Of a DNA stretch of 64,000 nt, positions 24,999 to 37,600 are shown piece by piece. Both the position numbers and the translations under genes were made by a program. The stretch spans positions 560,001 to 624,000 of the forward strand of contig CM052817.1 of NCBI GenBank assembly GCA_028534125.1. Reading direction: 5' to 3'. The DNA comes from Lama glama (lineage: Eukaryota). Numbering within the stretch: the first letter of the stretch is position 1; each line of letters begins with the position of its first letter. The notes beneath the pieces were generated by a model. That model was not told where the DNA came from, did not search any database, and saw only the letters and a list, made by a program, of their open reading frames with translations.

Positions 24999-25124
24999 GG
25001 CACCACTGGGGCCAGAGGAGGCTGAGGCGCAGGCTGCAGCGCGGGCCCGGGCACCTGTCGTGCCCTTTGGGGTGGACCTGTGCTACTGGGGCCGGGAGCA
25101 GCTGCCGGCCAGGGAGGTGCTCAA
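24999..25124 (+). CDS. UVSSA: UVSSA coding exon 9 (APLGPEEAEAQAAARARAPVVPFGVDLCYWGREQLPAREVLK)
   Basis: CTCTCCAG acceptor, CAA|GTGAGT donor, 126 nt; frame not in the ORF track, translated by hand. Confidence 0.94.
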
Positions 25125-25765
25125 GTGAGTGCGGCGTCCGTGGTCCTGTGGGCCCTGTCCCGCTCCTGCCCTGGCCCGGGGTCTCAGCCTGGGTTCGGCC
25201 CAGCTTTGCTGTGGGCCCCCCGGGCACCAAGAGTGGCCTGAGGAGGCGGCCCCTCACATGTCTTGTGTCCTTTTCCCAGCTTCCCTGTCGCTCCTCAGTG
25301 GGACGTCCTGTGTTGTCCTCCCTGATCGTCGGGCTTCATGGTGGCCTGGAGGGCTGTCCTCCAGGGTCCGGGGTCCCTCCCGACCCGTCCCGCTCCTTCC
25401 AGCCTCTGCACCCAGGCCCTTGCCACGACAGCCCCGTGGTCCTCTGACTCGGACCTCTGCCTGGGCTAGGCTTCGCTTGGGCTCTGCAAGAAGTTTCCGG
25501 GAAGCCCCCTCTCTCCAGGGTCGTAGAGGAGAGGGGCACAGGCCACAGGCCCAGGCCGGGCTGGGGCAGCGTGTGGTGGGGGACAGGGGTGCCTGACGGC
25601 GCCCCCGCCGTGCTGGGTGTCTGCTTGTCCTGGGAGAACTCACAGGCCCGAGTGTCTTTGGGTTCTGCTCCCAAGAGGTCCACCCTCAGCTGCCAGCCTG
25701 GCTTTGCTGCTGGCACCGTCCGGTGGCGACTCTGCAGTGATGCCAAGTCTCGGGTCTGCATGCAG

Positions 25766-25949
25766 GTCGGACTCTGAGCACCGCTTCTGGAAGCCCCTCG
25801 AGGCGGACGTGGGAGAGGATGGCGCTGCTGTGTCTGAGTCACTGTGGAGCCGCCGCATCCCCTTCGCGGGGCAGTTTGAGCCTGTGCAGCACCAATGCCG
25901 TGCTCCTCGGCCCGACGGCCGGCTCTGCCAGCGCCAGGACCGCCTGAAG
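25766..25949 (+). CDS. UVSSA: UVSSA coding exon 10 (SDSEHRFWKP...CRAPRPDGRLCQRQDRLK), DUF2043/zinc finger
   Basis: TGCAG acceptor, AAG|GTGAGC donor, 184 nt. Confidence 0.97.
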
Positions 25950-26343
25950 GTGAGCCGGGGGGCTGGGGCGTCTTGGCCAGCCCCCCCTCCACAGGATGGG
26001 CTCATCTGTGGCTGTGCCTGGGCTTCCTGCGTGGGCCGGTGGCCTGACACGTGGACACGGGACTTGAGACGCTCCTCCCCCATTCCTGGCCCCCACCTCC
26101 ACGTGCACACATCCTCCTGAGCCCGCTCTGTGCCTTGCCCCAGCGTCTGCAGAGGTGGCCTTGTGCACTGGGCAGGGCTTTGGCCAGACTGACTCAGGCC
26201 CCAGACCCTCCTCCACTGCCTGGCTCCTTCACGGCCATGCCCGAGGCCCCTCCTTTGAGGGGTGTGTGGCTGGAGGGCAAGCCTGTTGGTGGGGAAGGCT
26301 GGCGGCCCCTCTGGCATCAGAATTCCTCTTTCCTTTGCCGCAG

Positions 26344-26455
26344 TGCCCTTTCCATGGGAAGATCATCCCAAGAGATGAAGCAGGACGGCCCCTCCACCCG
26401 GAGGACAGGGCCCGGGAGCAGAGGCAGCAGCTGCAGAGGCCAGCGGGGCGCCCGG
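26344..26455 (+). CDS. UVSSA: UVSSA coding exon 11 (CPFHGKIIPRDEAGRP...GRP)
   Basis: Polypyrimidine tract plus CCGCAG acceptor, CGG|GTAGGT donor, 112 nt; completes the C3H zinc finger (CPFH). Confidence 0.96.
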
Positions 26456-28547
26456 GTAGGTCTGGGGGGACAGGATGGGGGTGGCACCATGTAGGGACAC
26501 ACCCGGACCCGTCAGTCCCCAGGGCAGCTCTGTGCCTGCACATGGTCACCTGCCGCCGCCTGCTGGTTGTAACTCATGAGTGTGGCCGGAACACTCTGCC
26601 TTCAGGCCCCTGCCCCACCAGGCTTTCACACGGCTCCTGATGTGGACACACCCACAACCAGAAACCACCTTGTTACCATTTGTTTGTTTGGAGTCTGGGT
26701 TCTTAATTCTGTTTTTAAGCAGATGAAAAACTGGAACAAGAAAAGTTAAAGATTGAGCCCCAGGTGGCTCGTCCTGGCACGTGCCGCGGGCTGGCGGCTG
26801 CCTGGCCCCCAGAGGGCCCCTGGACAGCTCGGCCCGGTGGTGACACGCAGAAGTGGTCGTCACTGCCGGCACACTCAGGGTGAGGTGGAGGGCCCGAATT
26901 GATGTGTCTGTGGTTTGTCAGAAGCAGGCTGGGGTCTGGAGGCCCTGCAGGCCCAGGGCCCCTTCTGAGAAAGGCCCGGCTGGCAGGCCCAGAGCCCCGG
27001 GGGACAGAGTGGGGGGCTCAGGGGGTCACCGCTGGGCACCTGTCATTAGTGGGTTTCTTTCCTTTGTTGCAAGAGACAAGGATTTGGTTTCAGCCTCACA
27101 CCCAAGGTCGGCGCCTGGGCCCCTGGGGCCTGGAGGGCGGCAGGGAGGGGCCTTGACCCGCTAATCCGCGGGGCGAGGCCTTCCCTGGTGGCTCACACTC
27201 AGGAGCAAATTAAGTGCCTATTTTTTGTGTCAGCCCTGAAGAGTATCTGGTTCTGCAGCCCTCGGTGACTTGTTAACAACAGGTATCGGGCTGGGGCCGC
27301 GGGCCGGCGCTGGCCAGTCAGATGTGAAATAGCATCTCTTTACTAACTACAGTATTGATCCCCACCTCCCTCGCAGGCCGGGCAATTTTCTTCTCCCTGG
27401 CGCGACCCTCGGTGACAATGCGCACAGAGCTCCGGGGCCCGTCAGCACGCAGGACGGCCACACGGCCCGGCTTCTATTGATTTTCTTCAAAGGCTTTTAA
27501 ATTGCTCCTTCATTTTACTGAGATGCTCATTCCATCTCGACTGGGTGCTGGCGTTTTCCCGTTGTGTTTAAACAATTGCTCCATTCACCAGGTTCCTAAA
27601 CTGTGACGCCTTCTCATTACTGGGAGATAAACTGTTTGGACAGTTTTCCTTAATCTTGGATTAATGGTTCCTGTATCTGGGTTGTGCAGCCCCATATTCC
27701 TTCACTTCAGATATCAACTTGGGAGGCCTCGCCATCTGTCTGGGCGCGTGGCTTCTCCCCTTGCTGGACGTGCCCGGCCCACGGCCCCAGCCCACGGGCC
27801 TCTTGTTTGCATGGTGGTGTCATCGGGGGCAGCAAGCCAGGGCTGGGGTCTGGGTGCCTGGGGGGTGCTGTGCTGTTACGTTGCTGACCTGGGTGCCTGT
27901 CCCGAGCCAGCTGGCTGGACAGACGCTGAATCTCAGGGATCCCTGTGTGGCCTTCAGATGCCCCCCACCCCTCCCCAGGAGCAGAAGCAGAGGCTGAGAG
28001 GGGAGTAGCTGCCAGGGCAGCGGCGGGGCTGCTGTTGGAACCCCAGGCTGGGAGCCCCCCCATTTTGACAGTTAATGCTGTGAGTCCTGGCAGACGGACA
28101 CACCGACCGAGCTCTGGTGTAGCCTAGGGCTGGCGAGGCTAGACTCCGGGGCTGGGTGATGTTTGCTTCCCCATGGAGCTGTCTCCCGCTGCCCTGAAGG
28201 GCCTGGGCTGAGGCGGTGGTCCCTGCAGGAGGGGTGGGCTGTCTTCTGGCGCCTGCGACCAAGTTGTCTTCGGATAGATGAAGAGTCCCTGGCCCCTCAG
28301 CCTGGCTGACCCTGCTGCACACACCCACCGGCCAGCAGACGGGTCTGGGGGCCATGGCCCAGCCTGGAGGCTGGGAAGCAGCCTATGTGTGGCTCTGCCC
28401 CTGGCCACCAGCTTCCGTGGCCTTCCTGCCTGACGGGTGGGTCTGGGGGGCGGCCAGTGGCCCTCCCGGCCCCCGTTTCAAGGAGGGGTCAGGGCTCAGG
28501 TGAGGTTGGTGCTGGGTGTCTTCTGAAATCTCGGGGTCTGTTTGCAG

Positions 28548-28722
28548 ACTGGCAGGACCCCGAGTTCATGAGGGACGTGGAGGCAGCCACTGGGGTGGAT
28601 CTCGGCTCGTCCAGGTCCAGGGGGAGAGGCCAGGGGAGGAGGAGGAAGCACCCTGGCCTCACCGACCTCAGGCGGCAGGCCGACACAGCGCGGGCTCGCA
28701 TTGCCAAGAAGGTCTTTGCCAA
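28548..28722 (+). CDS. UVSSA: UVSSA coding exon 12 ([21 protein letters not shown]...AKKVFAK)
   Basis: TTTGCAG acceptor, CAA|GTAAGA donor, 175 nt. Confidence 0.97.
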
Positions 28723-30161
28723 GTAAGAGCCTCTCTGGGGTCCTGCCCCAGCCCCGGGCCTGGGTGTGCAGGAGGGGGGCTGACTGCACTCCCAAGATGT
28801 ACCTGCGGCCAGGGCCCTGGCTGCCATGACCAGCAGGCCCCTGGGCGGCGGAGGGCAGGCGGGTGAGAGTGGAGGCTGGAGCTGGTCACCCTGAGGGTAA
28901 TGAGCCAGCCTCTTCCCGAGGAGGGGCCTTTGCCAGCCAGCCAGTGAACCCGAGGTTCCCAGTGAGGGGCTGAGCCAGCCCTGAGGCTCCTCCTTGCTCG
29001 GCTGACCTCAAAGGGGTGGTCAGGGCCCAGGCGTGTCCATGTGGTGACTTCGGGGATGGCAGGTACCTCCATGGGTGGCGGGATGGTGGTTACTGCGCAA
29101 GTCTCAGCGCCAGGGAGCAGGCGCCTTGTGCTGCTCCAAACACCAGCCCTGGGGTCCAGGCAGCTCTCTGGCCCAGCAGGACCTGCCTGGCTGGTGGTGA
29201 CTTGGCGGGGCCAGAGTGGGGAGGCTGCTAGCCCAGCATCCTTGCTGTCAGGGGCTGAAGGAAGGCGTGGGGGCTTCTGATTAGAAACACACTTGTGGCT
29301 GATGCTCCTTCCGAGGTCTGCCCAGGCAGGTGCTGTCCAGGACGCTGTCTTCTCGGGCCGACGCCTGGAAGGTGCTCAGCGCACCAGGCAGAGGAGGTGC
29401 CACCAGGGACCCAGCCTGAGTCGGGTGGGTCAGGAGGGTGGCTTCCTCAGTGTCCCGGCAGCTGTGGGCACTGCTCCTCACTGCTGGCCTGCTGTGCACG
29501 TCGGTGTCCAGAGGAGGGCCTGGCTCCCGGGCTCTGGGCATGAGGCTGGTTTCCTGTGGCTCAGCCACAGGTGCTGATGGGGCCCTCCGAGGGGCTCCTT
29601 GCAGGCAGCTGGGTGGCCTGGAGCTCTCCCTGCGGGGGGCCATGGGTGCCCCGGGAACAGGGCTGGCAGGGGGCCTCCTGGCTTCCCCAGTACTGCCTCA
29701 TCCAGGCAGTGGCAGCGGTTGGATGGCAAGAAGCACTTGGTCTGCCTTCCACACCTCTCTGTTGCATGTCCCTCAGTGTTTCCCCGACACCAGATGTGCA
29801 GCTCTGGGCGCAGCAGGACTGAGTGAATCAGGCTTGTCCTGGCGGCCTTGCTCACCTGCTGCACGGGCTATGCCGTCATCTGGGGGTACAGCATGGCGCT
29901 GGCAAGACTGGGGTTCCTGGGAGCCACCCTCAGGGCTTGGAGTGGCGGGAGAGGTGCCAGGGCACGGCCAAGGCTACTTTCTGCAGCAGAGTCACGCACT
30001 GTGGTCTCCAGCTCTGGACTGGGATGCTCTGCCGGTTTCCGAGCTGTGTTGCCCATCCGCAGGGAGCCTGCGAGTGGTCTGTGTGCAGCAGCGCCCCCAG
30101 CATGGGTCCTGACCCCAGTCTGGGGCCTCCCCAGTCGCATCTTGCTTTGCTTTCTCTGCAG

Positions 30162-30255
30162 GGCGGCTGTGCAGAGGGTGGTCACAGCCATGAGCCAGAT
30201 GGATCAGAAGAAGCACGAGAAGTTCGCAAACCAGTTTAACTACGCGCTGAACTAG
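30162..30255 (+). CDS. UVSSA: UVSSA last coding exon ([30 protein letters not shown])
   Basis: TTTCTCTGCAG acceptor, TAG stop 30253-30255. Summed CDS 2070 nt = 689 aa, open throughout. Confidence 0.97.
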
Positions 30256-32204
30256 AGAGCGAGGCTGGGTTTGTGGTCCCCTCTGGTCATCGGCTCCTCT
30301 TCTTCCCCTGCTGATGCACGAGGATGGGAAAGCAGGCCCAGGTCTGGGCAGGGACCGTGGCCGCTGTTGTAGCATGTATTAACGCGAGGAGGTGGGACAC
30401 ATGCTGATTAACACGCCCCAGAGGTGTGGGCTCTCCCCTGCGGGGTGGCCACTGCCATCTTGTTACAGATTTGCCTGCCTAATAACCAGGGTGGGCTCTA
30501 GCAGCCGTGTCCCCAGGGCATTCTGCACAGCCCGTGTGCTTGGTGACATGGATCAGAGTCGCTCAGCGTTTAGAATGACTGTGCAGCCCCCACCCTAGCT
30601 TCCCAGCCTTCCCCGCTGCTGGCCACTCAGAGGAACTCCAGGAAAACCCACGCTTGTGTCTTAACGTGAAGGAGTGAACCATTCGCGGTTGGCACCTGTG
30701 GCATCTCACAGGTGTCCTGTGGTGGTTCCGCATCAGAATGCAGAGAACTACCTCACTCTGTTTCTTTAAAAGCAGCTTTATGGAGACTGAACTCACATAG
30801 CACAGCGTTTACTCCTTTAAAGCGTGGCGTTCAGTACATTCACGGTGTCGTGCACCCACCACCACTGTCTAGTTCTGGGACTTTTTGTTACCCTGCAAGG
30901 ACCCCCGTTCACCCTTCTGCAGCCCTTGCACTGTCTGGTCTACATCTGCTTCTGGATTTGCCTTTGCTGGACATTTCCTATGAATTGAGTCATAACAACA
31001 CGTGGCCTTTTGTGTCTGGCCTTCTTCACCGTGCTCCGCGCGGTCAGGGTTCTTCATGTTGTAGCACATGTCAGCGCTTCATCCCTTTTATGCCGGGATG
31101 ATGCTCCACGTAGGAACACACCTCACTTTGTGGTCCGTGCCCTGTGGACGTTCGGGTGATTTGCACTTTGAGGCTGTTATGAGTGATATCGCTGTGACCG
31201 CCCGTGCACAAGCTTTTGTGTTGGCTTATATTTTCACTTCTTTTGGGTTTATACCTGGAAGTGTAATTGCACAGGGGAGTCATATGGTAACTTTCTGATG
31301 AATTGCTGAGATGCTCTCCAAAGCAGCTGCACAGCTTTACACAATTTACATCATCACTACATCATCCCACCAGCAGGGAATGAGGGTTCCTGTTTCTCCA
31401 TGTTCTTGCCAACACTTGTTATTGTCAGTCTTTCTAACTTTAGCCGTCTTAGTGGGTGTGAAACGGTAGCTCGTGGCTTTGATTTGTGCTTTCCTGATGA
31501 ATGACATGAACATCTTTTCATGTGCTTAGTGGCCATTTGTGCGTCTTTGGAGACACATCCAGATCTTTTGCCCATTTTTAACTGAATTGTTGTTCTGAGG
31601 TGTCGGCGCACTCTGTATGTGCTGGGTGCTAGGCCCTTATGCGCGTTGCAGGCGTTTCTCCTATTCTGGCTCTCCACTTTCTTGATAGTGTACCTTGAAC
31701 ACAAGAACTGTGACTTTTGATGATGTCCAGTACATCGATTTCTCCTGTTGGCCACTTGTGCTTTTGGTATCATATCTAAGCAGCCAAGGCCTAACCCAAG
31801 GGCATGAAGCTGTGCCCTTATGTTTTCTTGTAAGAGTTTCATGGTGTCTTAAATTTAGGTCTTTGGTCCGTTTTGAGTTAATTTTTATATGTGGTTTAAA
31901 GCTTCCAGCTTCATTCTTTTGCATGTAGATGTCCAGGTCTCTCAGCATCATTTGTTGAAAAGGTTATTCTTTCCCTCACTGAACTATCCTCGTGCCTTTA
32001 TTGATCATCAGTTGACAATAAATGTGTGAATCTATTTCTGGACTCTCAGTTCTCTTCCCTAGACCTGTGTGTCCTTGTGCCAGTGCGACCACGTCTTCGT
32101 CAAAACGAGTCCTCCATCCTTGTTCTTTTTAAAGACTGTTTCGGCCGTCCTGCATCCTTTGTGTTCCCAAGTAAATCTGAGTACCAGCTTGTCAATTTCT
32201 GCAA

Positions 32205-32409
32205 AAAAATAAGGAAGGAAGGAAGGAAGGAAAAGAAAGAAAAAGAAAGAAAGAAAGAAAGAAAGAGAAAGAGAGAAAGAAAGAAAGAGAAAGAGAGAAA
32301 GAAAGAAAGAAAGAGAAAGAAAGAAAGAAAGGAAGAAAAGGAAGGAAGGAAGAAAGAAAGAGAAAGAAAGAAAGGAAGAAAGGAAGGAAGGAAAGAAAGA
32401 AAGAGAAAG

Positions 32410-32448
<39 letters not shown>

Positions 32449-32468
32449 GAAAGGAAGAAAGAAAGAAG
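32205..32468 (+). repeat. Compound polypurine microsatellite (GAAA/GGAA/GA)n
   Basis: About 260 bp of almost pure A/G tetramer repeats following an A run. Confidence 0.98.
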
Positions 32469-32521
32469 CAACTGAGATTTTGATGGGATTATGTTGACTC
32501 TGGAGATGAGTTTGGAGAGTA

Positions 32522-32748
32522 CAGTTGACCCTTGAACAACATGGGTTTGAACTGCACGGGTCCACGCATACGAGGGTTGTTTTAAATGGTGAATACTACA
32601 GTCCTGCACGGCCCATCATGCGTTGAATCTTTGGAGGCAGAATCACAGATGTGGGGTCGGGGTGGGGCTGGGGGAGCAACTGTAAAGTCACACAAGGGTT
32701 TTTGGGTGCATGGAGACTCAACGTGCCTAACACCTACATTGTCAACTG
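32522..32748 (+). mobile_element. Tigger2a/MER28-like non-autonomous DNA transposon
   Basis: Starts TA|CAGTTGACCCTTGAACAACATGGGTTTGAACTGCACGGGTCCAC; ends GTCAACTG|TG (partial right TIR, mutated TA). Confidence 0.85.
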
Positions 32749-35306
32749 TGTTGTCATCTTAATATTAAATTTTATAATTCCTGAACTTGGAATATCTCTA
32801 TTTAGGACTTCTTTAATTTATTTTCACAGTGTTTTGTAGTTTTCAGTGTACAAGTTTTGCATTTATTTTCTTAAATGTATTCTTAAGTGTTTTGTTCTTT
32901 TTGATGCTGTTGTAAATGTGACTGTTCTCTGAATTTCATTTTTGGATTCTTCATTGCTAATGCATAGAAATACAGCTGATTTTTTTATGTTGGTCTTTTG
33001 TCCTGAAACCTTGCTGAACTCACTCACTAGCTCTAATGGTTGTGTGTGTGGATTCCTTATGTTTTCTGTGCACACTGTCATGTCATCTGCAAGAGAGATG
33101 TTTTGTTTCTTCCTTGTCAATTTGGATTTCTTTTGCTTCTTTGTCTCCCTTGGTTGCTCTGGGAGCCTCTGGTACAGTGCCAGAAGTGGAGGGAGAAGAC
33201 ACCCTTGTCTGGTCAAGCTTCCGGTCTCCTCAGTGAGTGTGATGGCAGCCGTGGGCGTTATAGGCGGCTTGTGTCGGACTAAGGAAGTTCTCTTAGGTTG
33301 CTAGTTTGTTGAATATTTTTGTTGTGAAGGGGTGTTGAATTTTGTCAAATGCCCTTTCTTCAGCTATTGAAATGATCGTGTGATTTTTGTCCTTTTTTCC
33401 TACTGATAATGGTGTAGTGTATTAGCTGTTTTCCGTGTGTTGAACCACCCTGCAGTCATGGGATAAACCCTGCGTGGTCAGTTTCAGTGGTTCGTGTATT
33501 TCTAGTACTTCGTCCACGTCATCTAGATTATTTGTTGTAATTTGTTGACATGCAGTTGTCCACAGTATTCCTTTATAACCCTTTTTGTTTCTGTAAGTTT
33601 GGTAGCAATGTCTTTCACCATTCCTAGTTTTACAAGTTGGAGTCTTTTCTCTCTTTTTAAAAATTTTCTTGGTTAGTCAAGCTAAAGGTTTATCAATGTT
33701 ATTGATCTATTCAAAGTTGCTTTTCTGTATTATTTTTCATTCTTCATTAATTTCCACTCTCATCTCTATTTCCTTTGGGTTGCTTTGGGTTTAGTTTTTC
33801 TTTTCTTTTCTAGTTTGAGTGGAAATGAGATCTGTCTTTTTAGTGTAGGTGTTTATGGGTACAAATTTCTATCTAAGCACTGCTGTAGCCTCATCTCGGA
33901 CATTTTGGTGTGTTGTATTTCCATCTTTATTTATCTCAAAGTACTTTCTCATTTCTCTTGTGATTTCGTATTTTACCCATTGCTTGCTTAGGAGTCTGTT
34001 GTTTAATTCCTATATACTTGTGAATTTCCCAAATTTCCCTCTGCTATCTGATTTCTGATTTCAGTCCATTTAGCCATAAGGTTTTTGTCTGCCGTCTTTC
34101 TGTTTTTCTGTGTGTCTTTTTAAATCTTTCTTCCTCTATTGCTTTTTCTTGTGTGTTAAGTTATTTAGCTCCCTTTTGTCTCCCTATTTTTTTGTTGTTG
34201 TTAATTCTTTCAGTGGTTGCTTTGAGGATTATAATGAACTACTTAATGCAGTCTGGTTTGGATTAACACCAACCTGGTTTCATTAGTGTTCAGACACTTT
34301 ACTCCAGTGTAGCTCTGTTTTCTCCCAGCTCCTTTGTGCTAGTTTTGTCATACAAGTTGCATCTTAATAGCTTGCAGGCCCATGAACATAGTTTTGTGAT
34401 TATTGCTTTATGTAGTTGTCTTAAATCCGGTAGGGAAAGGAAAGCTTCACAGACAAAATCGCATTTGCGCTGGCCTTTGTTTGGCCGTGTGGTTGCCGTT
34501 ACTGATGCTCTGTATTTCTCTGAGGGTTTGGGTCCGGTGTCTCTCTCCTCGCCCTGCGGGGCTCCCTTCAGTGTCTCACACACGGCGGGTCTGCTGGCAG
34601 AGGGTTCTCTCCATTTTTGTCTCAATCTCTCCTTCACTTTTGAGGAGTAGTTTTGCTGGGTACGGAATTCTTGGCTTAACAGTCTTTTTCTTCCAGCACT
34701 GCCTTCTGGCCTCTGGTTTCTGGTGAGAAGCCTCGCGCACCGTGAGCTGGGTTTTCTGGCTGGTTTGGGGTGCGCTCTTCACCTCCTGCTTTTGACGTCA
34801 CCTGTGACGAGTCTGGTTGTGGGCCTCTGAGGGTGCGTCCTACTTGGAGCTTGTTCAACTTCTTGCACATGGAGATTGTTTTCCATCAGATTTGGAAGGG
34901 CTTTGGCCATTATTTCCCCAAGGATTCTTTCTGCCCCTTTCCCTCTCTCCTCAGACCCCCATCGTGTGTACACGTGTGGTTGATGGTGTCCTTTGGTCTC
35001 TGAGGCCCTGTTCATTTTTCTTCATTCTTTTTCCTATTTCTGAGACTGGAACTAGTGACCTGTCTTCAAGGTCACAGGTTCTTTCATTTGCCAATGGAAA
35101 TCTGGCGTTGAATCACTGTGGTGAAGCCTTCATTTCAGTTAACTGCACTTTTCAGTCCAGAGTTTCTACTCTGTTCTCTTCTGTGATTCCTTTCTTTTTA
35201 TTGATGCTCTCTGCTTGGTAAAACATTATTCTTATACTGCAATTCTTGAGACCCGGTTTCTTTTAGTTCTTTAAACATACTTTAGCTGACTTAAAGTATT
35301 TGTCTA

Positions 35307-36414
35307 AGCTTTTGCACAGCTAAGGATACCATCAACAAAACAAAAAGGCAACCTACAGAATGGGAGAAAATATTTGCAAATGATGTGCAGACCAGGGACT
35401 AATTTCCAAAATATACAAACAGCTCGTACACCTTAATATCAAAGAAACAAGCAACCCAATCCAAAAATATGCAGAAGACCTAAACAAGCAATTCTCCAGT
35501 GAAAACATACAAATGGCCAATAGGCACATGAAAAAGTGCTCAGCATTGCTAATTGTCAAAGAAAATGCAGGTCAAAACTACAATGAGGTATCTCCTTACA
35601 CCAGCCAGAATGACCATCATTGAAAAGTCTGCAGATGATAAATGCTGGAGAGGGTGTGGAGAAAGGGGAACCTACGACACTGTTGATGGGAATGTAGTTT
35701 GGTGCAGCCACTATGGAGGACAGTATGGAGGTTCCTTAAAAAACTGAAAATAGACTTACCATGTGATCCAGCAGCCCCGCTCCTGGGCATGTATCTGGAG
35801 AAAAATGAAATTCAAAAAGACACATGCACCTCAGTGTCCACAGCAGCACTATTTACAACAGCCAAGACATGGAAACAACCCAAATGTCCATCAGCAGATG
35901 GCTTGGTAAAGAAGATGTGGTATGTATATACGATGGAGCACTACTGAGCCATAAAACGACTAAAATAATGCCATTTGCAGCAATACAGATGCACCTGAAG
36001 ATTGTCATTCTAAGTGAGGTGGGCTGGAAAGAGAGGGAAAAACACCATATGACATCATTTGTATGAGGAACCTAAAAAATAGTAACAATAACAATAAGGA
36101 CCCAAACGGACTGCTGTATAACTAAGATGGCTGATCTCTTGAATATGTGTGGTCACATCTGACTGTCCTTTATGATTGGATCACCACATTCTGTTGATTC
36201 TTATTTTGTGGTTGGCTCTATTCCTTTGATATCTATGTAAGTTTAAAAAGCTAAAGCTCTAATCTGTTCTTAGAAACAATGACCAGTACATGTATGTAAA
36301 CTAAAAGAATGTGCAGTATGCTGTATATGTGTATTTACACGCAATATTATGTGCATGTGCAATACATGTGTATGTATAATAATCCAACATAATAAAACTG
36401 AGAAAGGGGGAAAA
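35307..36414 (+). mobile_element. Younger 5'-truncated LINE-1 with target-site duplication
   Basis: Sense ORF2 C-terminus ([29 protein letters not shown]); 15-bp TSD TAAAGTATTTGTCTA at 35292-35306 and 36415-36429; AATAAA 36391-36396. Confidence 0.93.
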
Positions 36415-36429
36415 TAAAGTATTTGTCTA

Positions 36430-37600
36430 GAAAATTCAGTGTGTGGGCTTACTCAGGGACAGTTTCTGTGGGCTGCTCTTTTCCCCCGATGCATGGGACT
36501 GTACTTTCCCTGTTTCTTCTTGCGTTTCAATTTTTTTTTTTGGTTGAAAATTGGACACTGTAAATAACATGATGTGATAACTCTGGAAGAGCCTCCCATC
36601 CCTGGAATTTGCTGCTGTCGTTGTTTGTTTGTTGAGTGTATTTCCTGGACTGACTCTGTAAATCTGTCTTCTGTCGTGCTTAGCTCAGCCACTGCGGTCG
36701 CTGCTTGGCCAGCTTAGTGATTAGCTAACAGTTGGGCAGGGATTTCCTTACATGCTTTGATCCGGTGGGTCTTGTGGTTTTGCCGACAAGCTGGGGGTGT
36801 GTGTGTGTGTTAGGCACACTTTCAGCACTCCTGCAGCCAGTTGCCAGCTCTGCCTTGGCCTTCATTTCATGAATGTTTTGATCTTTGCTACGTGAGAAAG
36901 TGGCACGTTGTAGTTTTGAGTGACGTTTGTCTTGGGAGTGAGAGTGAGCATTTTCACATTAAAGCAGTCACTGTTTATCCTGTCCTGTGAATTGTATCCG
37001 TGTCTTTTGCTCATTTTGCTGTTGGCAGATTGGTTTCTTTCTTATTAAGCTACAGAAGCTCTTTATTCATTCAGAAAACTAGCAAAAAAAAAATAGCTGT
37101 ACATGACAAGTCGCAAATATTTCCTCATTTTATCTTCTGATTTTGCTTATGTTGTTTTTCGCCCTGTAGATTTTTTTATGTAGTTGAATTTAACCAATCT
37201 TCCATGGCTCCTGAGTTTCGTATTCCTTCCCCAGTCAAAGATTATACTTAAAGATTCTGTCTTTTCTTCTAGTATTTCTGTGTGTTTCATTTTCATGCTT
37301 AACTCACTGATAAACTTACTGTTTATTTTGATATAAAGTTTGGCCCTGGAAATTCAGTTTTTTATTTGAAATAGCTGTTCTGTTGTCCCAGCACCAGTAA
37401 TTAATTCTGTTTTTCAATAGATTTGAAATACCGCCTTTGTCATATACTACTGTCCCCTCGCGCAGTGGTTCTACTTCCGAACATTCTGTTCTGTCCCATC
37501 AACTTGTCTGCCTATTTACGTTCCTACCATTTTAATGACTGTGGCTTTGTACCACACACTTGTGGCAAAGACCTCTTGTATTCCTGTCCTCTTGTATCTG
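36430..37600 (-). mobile_element. Old LINE-1 fragments
   Basis: T-rich L1M-like sequence (TTGTCCCAGCACCA, TCTGTTCTGTCCCAT) continuing after the TSD. Confidence 0.7.

Larger units (their letters stand above)
30770..35291 (-). mobile_element. Degraded LINE-1 block (3' end, ORF2 and ORF1 remnants), interrupted by younger insertions
   Basis: Minus-strand peptides HMKRCS, HIKINSKRTKDLN, TRQGCLLPPLL...LADDMTV (RT) and PRIPYPAKLLLKSEGEI (ORF1). Probably more than one element. Confidence 0.9.

Noticed and set aside
28723..28726. In-frame stop right after the donor (AAG TAA), also AAG TGA at 25125
   Set aside because: Automatic consequence of GTAA/GTGA donors at phase-2 introns; no evidence of an intron-retained isoform.
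32026..32609. Lys/Glu/Arg-rich and Phe/Leu/Ser-rich ORFs
   Set aside because: Translations of the (GAAA)n microsatellite.
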